From Minutocellus sp. GHC0000111 (lineage: Eukaryota): 64,000 bases of DNA. The stretch is taken from positions 3,782,001-3,846,000 of the forward strand of contig OZ361258.1 of NCBI GenBank assembly GCA_977018835.1. The letters are read 5' to 3'. Shown one piece after another: positions 45,110-57,208 of the stretch. Below the pieces are notes generated by a model. The model was not told the origin of the DNA, did no database searches, and saw nothing but the letters and a program-made list of their open reading frames with translations. The first letter of the stretch is position 1, and each line of letters opens with the position of its first letter. Both the position numbers and the translations under genes were made by a program.

Positions 45110-47166
45110 TTATTCCATCACACTTGCAGAAAGGTCTCTCCAAACGGAGGTAGGAATGGATGCCTGAGCGATACCAGCCTCGATGGCTTGCTTGAAATCT
45201 TTATCACTCAAATATCGAGCTCCACCTCCCGATTTCATTACTTCCAATTGGATTTTGCAACATTCCTCAAAACGCTGTGCCAAGAGCCAGGCCTCATCTA
45301 TTGTTTTCGTGAAGACGACGAATCCATTATTTCGCAACATCAATACATTGCAGCCAGCAATAGCGCCAATTGCTGATGCAAAGTTCTTTTCCATTGCTTT
45401 GGCTGTACCACAACACTCGCAAGTGGCCAATTTCTTGTGGAAAGGAGCGCTATCAAAGGACAAAAATTGAAAGCCGTTCTGGAGACAGGAAACAGCAGTT
45501 GCAGCTGGCGATTTTAGATGAACGACAGCCCCAACATCCTCGCGTCGATTGTAAATGGCATGGTGGATTGTATCGAATTCTCTCGGCAGGACAGACATGT
45601 CGCTGGGTGCAACACTCGACCACAACTTGAAATTGTCACAGGCCAAACAATCTGATTCATATCTCACAGAAATGTGGGTCTGGTGCAGGCTTCCACCGAG
45701 ATTAGCGCATAGTCGATGAGCAGCGGCAAGGTCGTACTTCAAAGCCTCCTCCTCTGATTGATGCTTGAAAGATTTTGTGGAATGGTGCAAATGCGATCTT
45801 TTATGCCGCTTGTGTCCACCACCATTCTCTGCGTCTTTCTTATTCTGTTTGCGTTTGTTATTTGAGGCTCGACGTGAAGATTCATCATCTTTGGAATCAG
45901 TGCTGCCATTCGAAGCTCCAGCCGATCGCTGCTTCCGCGGAGATACACGCGTTCGAGATTCTGTCTCGCCATCACCATTGGTAATGTTATCATCATCGAA
46001 CTCAATCGTTCCGCATCCATGCCAAAGCGGCATTCTCGAGGCAAACTGAGACGGAAAGTCCCAGTCATCAGGAAAAATCAAGTCTGCCTCAGTTACATAC
46101 TGTCCCTTTCTTTCCACAACTTTTGAGTCTCGCGCCTTGACTGCATCACTTAAGAGCCCAAATGCTTTGTCACCAGTATAAGAAGTTTTGTACCACCCAA
46201 CAGTTTCAGCGTACTCATCACCAACACCAGAAATCTTAGTTATATCGCTCTTGCTATTGTTGGCGACGAAACCTTTCTCCACGAGGTAGTAGTCCTTTTC
46301 ACTCATTACGTAGATGTCCTTTAGATTGGTATCGACATCACCGTCATCAAATTCGACATGATAGACTCGACCCTCGCCGTAGTGACCGCGTTTCTCGGTC
46401 GCTGAGTATCCCTTGATCGTGCCGGCAAACCACGAAAGCTCGCCGTCCTCCAGAAGATTGTCGATCCAGGCAGCAAAGACCCGGTCGCCCTTCTTGTGCT
46501 TCGGCATGATGTCGATAGGATTTTCTGGAAGAACCCCAGTCTCATCAAACTCATCGTCATCGTTCTCTTGGGAGAAGGAAACAGAGAGTCCTCGTGGAGT
46601 GCCGGGAGCTCCAACAGAGGATGCCGCATCTCTCTCTTCAAAGGGATCCTTCATCCTATCCCTCACGTATCCGCTTCTCAATTTCTGTCGGACAGCCTCG
46701 CGAAAGCGATGGAACTCCTCCAGTCGGCTCTTCTTCACAAAGATATTGACTTTTCCCGCCTTCTTCCACTGCACCTCCGACATGAAATCCTGCCTATCTT
46801 TGATCTCCTCACCGAATTCGTCGCTTGCGTGTAGCTCAACAAACCAGAACGCCAACTTCTTCTTGGCTGTTGGGTGCAGGAAGAAGTATTCTTCCATGAG
46901 CCATGCAAACTCCTGCTCGGTTGCGGTGAGGTCCTTTGACGAGGGCATGCCCTCGTCATCCTTGGACGATTTGCCTCGCCCCTTGCTTACACTTGTACTT
47001 GTACCGCGTGGAGATGACCGTTTCTTTTGCGGAGAATTATTCAAGTGCCGAGCTCTAAGTTCCACCTCCTCCGGAGGAACACCGAGCTTTTCGGCGATGG
47101 ACGCAGCCCGCCGACGGAATGCAGCGCCGCTGAGAGTGTTGTAGGCCTCGAGGATCTCCTCGTCGA
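45110..47166 (-). CDS. Tudor-like domain fused to a degenerate class II aldolase/adducin domain; upstream exon not located
   Basis: KKGDRVFAAW...WFAGTIK...YHVEFDDGD; DLAAAHRL..HISVR..IHHAIY..REDVGAVVHL..LMLRNNG. The frame is open to a pyrimidine tract plus CAG acceptor at 47167. Confidence 0.7.
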
Positions 47167-48036
47167 CTGTATGGAAGGCTGGAGAGAACGAAATCGAAAG
47201 ATGCGGACAAACGAATAAAAATGAGCGCGTGATGATACTATGTAGCTACGTAGCGGCAAAACTAAAAATACCATGGTACCAAGGCAACCGCGTCAACTAC
47301 ATTTGTTCCTCACCCTTCTTTCCATATGTGTCGGCCATTTTGGTGGCAAGTAGGACTGAAGATTCGATTCACCCGATAAGTGTGATGCAACGGACCGCAA
47401 AAAAATCTGGTCTTTGTGATGCGGTCTGAAACGGTACTACTGGTGCGGTGAAACACAGATGACAGACAAGTTGGACAGTTGAAGATGCCACCGAGAAGGT
47501 GTAGTGTTTCGCTCTCAATTGGTATCTTCCCTGGCGAGTGCAGGGGGAGGTCAGCCCAATACAAATAAGAACGGCGGTACGAGGCAGTAGTCTGGGGGTC
47601 GGGTGTGGTGCTTCTCGATCTCGTCGGCGCGCGGCGGCCGGCCCTTGAGCCGCGACGATGCGATGCCGATGTTGCGGTGCTGAGATTATTCTTTTATGAC
47701 ATCAATTTTATGCAACAGAAACTGCAAAACATATTAGAGATGTCACGCGGCCTCCGAATGAATGATCGCGAAGATGTCATGGCGTCAACGACGAATCGAA
47801 TCCTTCTTCGGCACAATGGAGAGCCTTTCTCACTAAAGAATTCTGCGTAGTTATGTTGAAATACAATACTCTAGAACACAGGTGATCCTCGGACGGATCG
47901 ATCATCGAATAAGTGTCCCCGACCGTCGTGTCGTCCTGTCGAACCACCGGTTGTGCTCGAAACTTCCGCAGAATTCAGTTGGGCCAGGCTCAGTATTCTC
48001 GCTCGCTACATTTCAATTCTTCATTCTCATAATAAG

Positions 48037-48562
48037 ATGATTGTGCAGGCGGCAGCAAGAAGCAGCCTGTGTGGTCATATCCCAAGATCGACCAGTAATG
48101 TTGCTGCTGCTCTTGCCACTTCTGCAAGCGGCCGCTCATTCTTCTCTCTCTCTGAGGCAGAGTGCGGCTGGAAGCCATCTCTTCTCACTCCCAGCGATGT
48201 ATTTGAAAGAGCATCGTCGCTTCCATGGGGCTTCATCGATCAGAGGCATATCTTCGACCACGTCATGCCATCCCTCGCAAGTCAGCTTTCATCAACTAAT
48301 GGTGATGCCGCGGCTGCCATCGCAGATGCGTCGAGTGCAGCAACTGTGGGTGCAGAGCCGGCTTCGTCCATTACGAGTAGTACAGGAAGCATCAGCGATC
48401 GAATCCATTCTCTCAAGTCATGGATGCAACACAAAACATGTCACGCCCGCGCGGTTGGGCAGTACTTCCAACAGGCCGGGACATGCCACGCCGAATTTAA
48501 GGAAGGGGCATAACTGGCATATCAGCACATTGCTGATCTTTGGAGCAGTGGGCAAGCGCTAG
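48037..48562 (+). CDS. Possible small mitochondrion-targeted protein, probable frameshift near 48433
   Basis: Arg/Ser/Ala-rich transit-peptide-like N-terminus; overlapping +1 frame continues to 48562; no family recognised. Confidence 0.3.
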
Positions 48563-50001
48563 ATCGAGAAGAGATGGAGGAGGTAGCTGCTCCTGGCCTG
48601 GCCAAACTCCTGTGCCAGGTGCATACCACTTGCCGCGAGAAGCACGGCGTGCAACCCCGTCTAATTCTATCTTCTCAGCAACCCATACTGGCCTCCGTCA
48701 TCAAGGTCGAGGAGGAGGAGGGAAGGGCCCACAAACCGGGTTAACTATTTGATAGGTGGGATAAGGATGATTTCTGGGCACAGCTGCTTCTCGGTGCGGC
48801 AGGGCCGGAAGCACAGCTCATGCAATCCATTGAGAGCAGGAACCAGAGTCTTTTTACTGGTTCGGACCCCCACGCCCACCTTCCTCACCGACTTGTGGCA
48901 CACACTTTATTTCTTGTCGAAGAGAAGTACGAATGCACGGCGGTGAGCGATCATCTCCGTGATCCCTCTGCACAATCGTCATCATCACTTGAGCCTCTCG
49001 GGAATATGACCAGTGCTACTACTAGCGGAAGCCCCGACGAGCATACCGCGGCCAACCGTGACTTCCGACTGCAGGCTCATGTTTGGGAGTTTGAGACCGA
49101 CGTTGGCGTTTCCTTCAATTCGGGAGAGAACATCAAGCTGCAGTGGCGAGTGCGAAACATCAACAATGTACTCAAACCACGGAGGGGGCACGTGCTTAAG
49201 AGTGATGGCCTTGTGGTGAAGAAGTGTGGACGATGGATCTATTGAATGATGAATGTCTTTATATTTAATGTATCATATCAGCCGAACCATATACGCGATG
49301 AAACGGACACGGAGCTATTAGAGTCTATTATCTTAATTTTTGCTAAAAAGACTAGCTAGTAGCTAGCTAGCTAGCTAGGTAGGTATTTTCGCAGCACTCC
49401 TACTCTGCTAAACACAGTGCGAGTTCTACTGATTGCGCCTGAAATTCCAATATCTGCTGCCTAAATTCGTGGCTAGCTCAGAATCTCTTGTACCTGCTAT
49501 CAAATCTCCCGAAAAGAACAGGATCGACGAAACACTTCGTCTTCGCTTGCACGTAAACTTTCACCATGTGAAAATCAAGGGAGTCAAGTCGAATCTAAGT
49601 TGTCTCTAAGATGGGATTCTACGTCAGATTCTATAACAATATGCGATTTTACAGATTTATAAGTGCAGTTCGTAGCTGGAACCAAAACAAAATGAGAGAT
49701 TAAGTTCTCTCATTTATGATGGCCTCTTCGTCTTGATTTTTTTGCGTTATAAAATAAATTGTGTTTTGCTTGTGATTTTGTTTCGAGCCTTGAATCCTTT
49801 TTGCAATTGTAGTTATCTTTTGCGTTGAATTCCTTCATCTCAATGGGGCCTTGTCGTTATGGTGCTTCGCTTGGGTAGCATAGCTTGTGCATTGTTGGCT
49901 GGACTCGACCTCGTCTTGAAGCGTAGCGGCTTGATACGATGGTAGCTTGAGGGCTAAGCCTGCCCGCAGCTCTCTATCTCTAGCTAGCTACGTAGCTAGA
50001 G

Positions 50002-50237
50002 CTAAGAGTCTTGAACCTCTTGGCGCCCATTGGATCCCTCCCTAATTGGCGGCGTGGAAGCTTTACCGGTGGCCGCAGACGTTGTGCGATTGGAGATGCG
50101 GTTGAGGAAGGAATCTGTAGCGGCCGCGGCGGCACGTGCGGCGCCGGAGGTGGCGTTAATGATGGGGTGGTCCTGGGCGATGGTAGAGGAAGCGGACCTT
50201 GGTCTTGTAGTATGGCGCAGTTGATGATCGCCCCGGT

Positions 50238-50271
<34 letters not shown>

Positions 50272-51003
50272 GTGCTCTTGGTCCTCGTCTTCGGATTCCT
50301 CCTCGGACTCTTCCGACAGGACCAGCGCTTCTTCCAGGATCTGGAGCTGATCGACAGAATCCTCTTCCTCGCCACTATCCTCCTGAGGGCGCTCCTGCTC
50401 CTGGTCTCGCTCCATCTGCGCCTCTTCCTCGTGCTCTGGTCGGACGTGGAGCTGCACGTACGCCTCGTCTTGGGCCACCCGCTGGACGGCAAGCTCGCGA
50501 GACCAGCGTGAAGCCGACGCCGCCACCTCAGCCAGGGCATCCTCATCGAATACGTCCGCGTCGAAGTGCTCGTCCTGCAGGTCGAGGACACCGTGAGTGA
50601 CGGCCTCCTTGTTCATCCTGCGCTGGTCCATGTGCGCCTGACTGCGCATGTGCTCGAGACCACGGCCACAGTGCTCCTCGTCGTGGTGGTCCTCGGGACC
50701 GCCCTGCCGGAGCCGCATGATGTTTTTGACCACGTCTGCCTGCGAGGCCTTCTCGTCGGCTTGGGTCACCCACATCGCCTCATACTCCTCCTGCCTAAGC
50801 TCCTCGATGGTGGGAATGAGGTATATCCTCGTCCTGTTGGCAAAACGAAGCCTATTGCCGGAAAGCCGCATGCGACGGGAGGAGGATCCCGATTGTGTCA
50901 AGGCCGGTGGTGCCCTCAGCACGCTCTGCTGGAGCGCCGCGCTGCCGGTATCTCCACCACCAAGCGACCCTCCTGAGTCGGTTCTATTGGTTTGCGGTGC
51001 CAT
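50002..51003 (-). CDS. Diatom-type hypothetical protein (LRF...MW...CGRGLE family) with acidic and poly-Ser tail
   Basis: 333-aa ORF; RLRFANRTRIYLIP, MWVT, HCGRGLEH and AVTHGVLDLQ; (AGC)n at about 50239-50270. Confidence 0.7.
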
Positions 51004-51518
51004 GTGCTGCTATTGACGATTGGTTGGATGTCTTTGATTGGGTTGTGTGAGCTTGCGCTCAATGTGCGATGCCGTGATTGTTGCAGTTGTTTTTGTGATA
51101 TCGTGAAGGGGAAGCACGAGCTGCAGCGCAAAAAATGGGTGGTAAAGCAAAATTGAGACAAACAGAAAAGAAAAATGTCTTTCGGGCAGCTGGATTTCTG
51201 TTCCTGACGCAGATGGAGAAACCAATCTGCTTTGTGCTTTATTCTCAGGGCCTAATGACATCAAAAGTGAAGTAATGACGCGGTTTTGAGACGACGGCAT
51301 CTCATGTTGCAATGTCTCTTCTTTGGCGTCTCGAGCTTGCTTCTTGAGGTTGTTGTCGTATCGCTGCCATCAATCGCGTCTCTCCAGGTTGATGACATGA
51401 CTGCCGACCGGCGACGCTCATGTGGAACTTCATGTACGAGCCTCGCACGTACATACAGATGGCTGGCCGGCCAAGGATGAATCTTTGGGGGGGTCTAAAA
51501 ATAAGTTGACTATACAAG

Positions 51519-51574
51519 TAGCAGATCTAGAGCTAGAGATCTAGATCTACGTAGATCTGCGTACATGTAGTCTA
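51519..51574. repeat. Mosaic of short TA-flanked palindromes (TAGATCTA, TACGTA, TACATGTA)
   Basis: Read directly; similar tracts at about 4173, 7976-8051, 14621, 44817, 49353-49385 and 49981-50004. Confidence 0.7.
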
Positions 51575-51692
51575 ATCAGAATCTTCACATTGCGTCGTTG
51601 ACTTTATTACATGTAGTTAGATCTACAAGTGTGTAAAATACATAGCTAGAATAAATATTACAAATCAGCAACTATATCTACCAGTGCAGACT

Positions 51693-53735
51693 CTACATGC
51701 TATCGCGATTGCGCTCCAAGAGACGGCAGACAGCCTCTAATTGTTTGGCATTGGTCTTTTGAGAAAATTGTAAAAAGTATTCCACTGTTTCTGGTGTGAT
51801 GGCAGGCTTGAGCATCCTTTCACAAAGCTGTTTCAAATGCTCCAAGAAGTACAAATCTGCAAGTTCGAGGAGATTTACAACTCGCTCGATGGCTTGGCCA
51901 TCGGCGGCGCCCGTCGATGCCACGACAACGTCCACCTTGGGTGTCTGCCCTGTGTATATGTATTCGATCATGGTGAGGAAGGCGTCGTATGTGCAATTGG
52001 GAATTTCGATTTCTGTGCAATCGCTTGAAGATTCTCGGAATCCACCGGTGCCACCGCCATGCTTGGTTGTGAACATGGCCTGGAAGCAGTCAGAAACCAG
52101 CGAAAGTATCAGTTTGTGACCGTAAATCTCACGTCCTTCAACAATAAAGGTGACGTCCGAAAATTCCTCGTCGTTGTAAAAGTGTCGGAGACGACGCTCA
52201 CACAGCTGGATACTTGTAGGCTCAGCTATTTCTATGTAAGGGATGGGATCCGTGTCCAGAACGAAGAAGTCGTTCAAATAGTCCGAGCCACAAGAACCTC
52301 CAAAGACAAATATCTGCCGATCAACGGCTGTCGCTGTGTGCCCTGCTCGCCGGCCAGGACCATTGCCCTGAACAAATATAGTTGCAACGCCATCTTCGTC
52401 ATTTGGATTTCCGCTCTGGGATGCAGCAGAGGCCAGCGTGGCGGCTCTCTGTGCGCCAATATCTTGCGCTCTCCAATCGGAAGGGGCATGTTCGTTCGAA
52501 TCGCCGTCGGTCTGTCCTGACTGGGAAGAGTCTCCGTGCTGGGAATGCTGCGATGCTGCACCCCCCGACGTGACCGAAGAATTCTTAATCTGAGTCACGT
52601 TGAGCCAGGCCATTTCCTTTCTGTCCAAGATTTGCAAATCATTGAAGCATTTGGAGCTTGTGCCCGATCCGCCAAAAAGGAAGAGCCGGCCACGAAGTGC
52701 TGTTAGGGTCATGCCGGCTCGTGGGTAGGGTAACTCGCCACCAATACGAGGACGGGTCCATACTCCCGTCTCCGTGTCAAGGATGTGTATATCATTCAGC
52801 CGTTCTCTGCCGTTCCAACCACCAAAGATGAAGAGTTCGTTGGTCTCCTCGAGGACGGCAGATGAGTGGTTGGCGCGTTGTTGTGGAGCCTCTCCTCTGG
52901 TCTGGACCTGCCTCCAGGTGTATGTGTCACAATCGAGCGCATGAAGATCGTTCAAGTATTCCCTTCCGTTCCCACCTCGAAACAGGTAGATCTCATTCTT
53001 TTTTGGAATATAGTCGGCAGAGTGCATATTGCAGGGACCGGGAGGCGTGCCTCTTACAGTTGGCTGGTACCAACGGAGAGCTTCAACCCCACCACTTATA
53101 TCGAGAACATGCATGTCGCTCGCAGCCAAGGGACCAGTGCCCAGCCAACCCCCGATGATGACAATTCGAGCATTCTCCCCGGACGGAGACGTTGCCAATG
53201 TGGCCGTGTGACCATTCCGACCCGGAGGAGGAGTTCCCGACACAAACAGTCGGCCGAGTGGGAGGTTGCCGCCGCCTGTTCCGCGGGAACCAACGCTGCC
53301 ACCGTTTCCCGCATTCCTCCTGCTGGGGTCGAGGGCAACCTCTAGCCCAATGATCCTCTCGGCCTCCACATCGGGCATGCTCCCTCCCCGAATTCCACCG
53401 GCGCCGACATTGCCACCGCCGCCACCGACACCAGCAGCTGCACCTCCTCCCGTGGGCCTTCCTCCCATGGCCGCCGCAGCTGCGGCCGCCGCAGCGGCAG
53501 ACGGAGAGGCGGCCGACGACGGAGCCTGATGCTCGACGCGGCGCCACCGCTTCTCGTTGAGACTGTAGATCAGAAGGGTTTGGTGATTCCTCCTCCCGTC
53601 GTACCCGCCGAAGCAGTACAGCAACCCGTCGTGGAAGGTGACGGAGTGATTCTTGATCGTCGGTGCCGCTTTGGCGTTGGAGTCGTCGGGGGGAGAGGGC
53701 TCGGCCCAGCGCATGATCATGTTGTCGTTCGACAT
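51693..53735 (-). CDS. Kelch-repeat plus BTB/POZ protein (LZTR1-like)
   Basis: Multiple R.xH...FGG...LND kelch repeats; BTB FSDVTFIVEGREIYGHKLIL...IEYIYTG. Confidence 0.92.
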   Translation of the reverse strand: MSNDNMIMRWAEPSPPDDSNAKAAPTIKNHSVTFHDGLLYCFGGYDGRRNHQTLLIYSLNEKRWRRVEHQAPSSAASPSAAAAAAAAAAMGGRPTGGGAAAGVGGGGGNVGAGGIRGGSMPDVEAERIIGLEVALDPSRRNAGNGGSVGSRGTGGGNLPLGRLFVSGTPPPGRNGHTATLATSPSGENARIVIIGGWLGTGPLAASDMHVLDISGGVEALRWYQPTVRGTPPGPCNMHSADYIPKKNEIYLFRGGNGREYLNDLHALDCDTYTWRQVQTRGEAPQQRANHSSAVLEETNELFIFGGWNGRERLNDIHILDTETGVWTRPRIGGELPYPRAGMTLTALRGRLFLFGGSGTSSKCFNDLQILDRKEMAWLNVTQIKNSSVTSGGAASQHSQHGDSSQSGQTDGDSNEHAPSDWRAQDIGAQRAATLASAASQSGNPNDEDGVATIFVQGNGPGRRAGHTATAVDRQIFVFGGSCGSDYLNDFFVLDTDPIPYIEIAEPTSIQLCERRLRHFYNDEEFSDVTFIVEGREIYGHKLILSLVSDCFQAMFTTKHGGGTGGFRESSSDCTEIEIPNCTYDAFLTMIEYIYTGQTPKVDVVVASTGAADGQAIERVVNLLELADLYFLEHLKQLCERMLKPAITPETVEYFLQFSQKTNAKQLEAVCRLLERNRDSM

Positions 53736-54001
53736 GTTGGGCAGCCACGTTCGAAAGTCGTTCGTGTATTACGTGGTTAGCTGCGTATCACGGAATTATT
53801 ACAATTACGACGAAGTACTATTCCTGTCGGCAAGACGAATGCCCCAGCAGTTGGTGCTCGAAGTTCGAAGTCGCGTTGGGCGTTGGGCATACACCGCCGA
53901 CGTCACGTCGGCGATGTTTGATTAGCTTTCTGAAAATCTTCCACTCATCCGGATAGGATGGCTGCCGTGCCGCAACTGTGTTCGCTTCGGCAATCCGGCA
54001 A

Positions 54002-55322
54002 ATGAGGCGAATAGTGGGCCATATGCTTCTTAGCCTTCATGCTTGGAGTGATTTGCTCGTCATTCGGGCAGTTCTCTTCGCTGGGCAAGGTGCTGCTGGA
54101 GATGCAATCGCAAACAGATGCGGCGGGCGTGACAATCGCCACCGGCAGTTGGCAACAAAAGCACGCCCAACAGCTGCGAGGCAACAAGACTCGTCTTGAG
54201 CCTGATCATAGCGACGACTACATTTTTGACGAGGTGGATCTAATGGAAGAGGAGATCGAATCTTCCATGGCGTCGATGATGGGAAACTTTTCAAGTGTTG
54301 AGGTGGAAAGAGCTGTTGTTCGCCATGATCGGTACCTTGTGGACTGTTGGTCTCATCTTGACAACTTTAGTCGAAAGCAGGCGGCAAGATATATGAAGCA
54401 TGCGAGACAACGAAAGATGGAATCGAGTGAGAGACGGCGGCTAACTGTCGTTATTCTTACCATCAATCGCACGTTGCCGTATCTACTGGTCCTAATTTCA
54501 GTTTTGATACGCGGCCACACGCCGAAAGATTTCATTTACGAGTTGGATGTGCATGTAGCAAACATTGAGCGACGAGAGGGGAGAGAATCGTATCATTGGT
54601 TTGACGTCCTGAGACACAAGCTTCCGTTTGTCACATTTCACAGCTGGACAGAGAGGCATGAGGAATACGATAGCATCACAGATCGAACCGAGTGGTACCT
54701 GGCTCATCAACGGTTGGACTACATACGGGCGTTGAGAGTGTGTCAGGAGAAGGAAAGTCCATGGTGTGTCGTGATGGAAGATGATGCCGTGCCGTGCGTG
54801 GGGCTTGTTCGCAAATTTCGCAAATTTGTCGATCGAGAAGAATATCAGGTACACGGACTGCGCCCTGTTGCTCCGAGGAAGAAGCTCGGTGGTGGCCAAG
54901 TAATCGATTTTTCTGCGGCAAGCAACAACCGGAGAGGTGGGCCCATTCCTGTCCCCCTGGCAAAGGTATCAAACGTAAAGTTGTATGAAGGGGGTGGAGA
55001 AGTAATTGCACAACCTGGCGGTGGGAACGAAGTACAGTACGAACCTCACTTCTCGAATCAAGCTTATGGATTGGTCGCTGAAGCATTCCCACAACATTCA
55101 GTGGATCAAATCATCGCCCACCTTGAGGCGAACGATAAGAGGGGGAAGCATCCAGTCGATCTGGAAATCAATGGCGATTTCAAAAAGGCCAATGGTCTGG
55201 ACCGCATCGTCATGGTCCCTTCATTAGTCGATCATATAGGCTTCATATCAGAGCATAAGAAGGAACAACAAATCAACGAGAAAAGAATATCATCGTCGGC
55301 AAACTTTCGGCTGACTGGATGA
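54002..55322 (+). CDS. GT-A fold glycosyltransferase (PGAP4/GT25-like); probable +1 indel at about 54017
   Basis: QRLDYIRALRVC, VVMEDDA and PSLVDHIG. Removing one G gives the type II anchor MRRIVAICFLAFMLGVIC. Confidence 0.7.
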
Positions 55323-55763
55323 TGGAATGGAAATCAACTGGGCGTCGCATGGGGGCAAATACATTTAAGTATAGGTTTGGGGGGTAGCATCATATTTAGT
55401 CTATCCATAGATTTACCGTGCACTCCCAAAAAGTCAATTTTAGTAAAAATTAGTCTGAGAAAGCTGTATTCAAGAGTGGCGCGATTCAAATTGTCGGCAT
55501 CAACCGTCGGATTTGCTTTTCTGGCCAAAGAGGAAACGGAAGTATCGCCGATCCTCACTAAACTCAAAGAAGTTTCTTGGCGACAAGGTGGGCGATATCT
55601 CCTCTGTTTAGGATTTCGTTGCAATTGTTGAGTTTGACTGCACCACTTTCCGCTATCGCTTTCAGCTGCGCGAACAGAGGGGCGTATCTTTGAACATCCA
55701 ACCCAATTAATACAACCGAAACAGTCCCAATTGTAGCATCACAAACAAATAAATAATATAATC

Positions 55764-56681
55764 ATGACGGATGTTCCGGTTCCAGATCTGCCGGGGTTAA
55801 CTCGGATTAATTCCTGGCCCAAATTTTCTCCGAGGACATCCGATAATGGGACAAACCTGAGCCTCAGCATTCCAGCCACGTCTTCGTCCTTTCAAGGCAA
55901 CGACTTCTTTGATCGTGAAAGTTCCAAAGGAGCAGATTCCACCGCTCTTACCACAGCCAATACTACTGAGCAGTCTGATTCCGCAGGCAGCGAACCAATC
56001 GCCGCTGCAAATATTGACTCTTCGCTCGTATCCACAAGCCCTTTCGATGCGTCAATTTCAATCATTGTGGAGGCAAAAGATGATGTGCCTGATATTGCAG
56101 ATGAAAAGTTGGGGAAAGATTTGTCTCTGGATAATGATGGCAATGCTGGTGAGGAAGAGCAACCAAGTATTCCTCGAATGCAAGAGTCAGACGATCTATC
56201 ATCACTGGGTGCATCGAATGATGGGATTGAAATGGCAATGTCCGACGATTCAGATGATTCGTTCACTTATATGATGAGATACTGTCGCTGCATCGAATCG
56301 AACAGTTATGCGGCCAACGGAGAGGGCGATCAGGTTGCAAAGGGAATGGAAGGGGGTATTCAAAGCACGAATACTGACGGCAATGATTCTTTGGCTGCCG
56401 ATGGTGAATCTTTTACTCCAGATCTATCCATTTATGGTGGCAGGGCAAACGAGAAATGTGGAGGAGGAGGAAGAGCATCATCGAAAGAAAAGCGTCTACA
56501 TGTTCAACCGGCCTTTACGAGCCTGGATGTTCTTGACATCATGACAACCCCTCGAGAAGAAGAAGAGACGAGGCCAAAGAAGAAGAACGATAGTGAAAAG
56601 ATTGGGAAATTTTCTAGCTTTGACGTCTTGGGTGTCCTCTTCGGTAGCTGCATTGGCTGTGGATGTGGTGGAAGTGTTTGA
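55764..56681 (+). CDS. Hypothetical acidic, probably disordered protein
   Basis: 305-aa ATG ORF flanked by AT-rich UTR-like DNA; Cys/Gly-rich C-terminus. Confidence 0.6.
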   Translation: MTDVPVPDLPGLTRINSWPKFSPRTSDNGTNLSLSIPATSSSFQGNDFFDRESSKGADSTALTTANTTEQSDSAGSEPIAAANIDSSLVSTSPFDASISIIVEAKDDVPDIADEKLGKDLSLDNDGNAGEEEQPSIPRMQESDDLSSLGASNDGIEMAMSDDSDDSFTYMMRYCRCIESNSYAANGEGDQVAKGMEGGIQSTNTDGNDSLAADGESFTPDLSIYGGRANEKCGGGGRASSKEKRLHVQPAFTSLDVLDIMTTPREEEETRPKKKNDSEKIGKFSSFDVLGVLFGSCIGCGCGGSV

Positions 56682-57208
56682 GAGTTTTTGATTTTGTTTC
56701 AACTGACGACTGAATGAAGCTGATGGATGGAAAACCTGGCTTCGCAAACCTGACCCAAAATTTTCCTGAAAAAGATTCTTTATGTGTATAATTATTAGAA
56801 ATGGAATGTATAGATCAACCGATATCGAACGTAGCGGGCGTGGTGGTGGTACTACCGGTACCAATATCCGAAAAGGAAAAGAGAAAAGACAGAAGAGGTG
56901 GTCAGAAAGTGAGCCATGCCGGCTCGCAGCCTTTAGAAATATTGAAAAATAAAAGATATCCCGATTGCATGATGGACGATCATGAGAAAACACAGAAACT
57001 GTTCAAGAAACCAATTGACAGTTGTTTTGAAGTGTTTCGCGATATAAATCTATTTCAATATCACTAAAGCAGAGCAGAGCAGTGCGCATTGGCCTTCGGT
57101 ACTTTTGAACACATCTCATGCACATCGGTCGTACTAGTATTTACTGGAAAGGACTGAGAACTTATTGCTTTTGTTGCAGTTGAAGCACAAAATATACCAT
57201 ACGCCAAG

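Noticed and set aside
48430..48562. Possible mitochondrial ribosomal protein (bL27-like) tail
   Set aside because: The motif match is poor.
48820..49245. 141-aa ORF
   Set aside because: No recognisable family; not supported as a gene.
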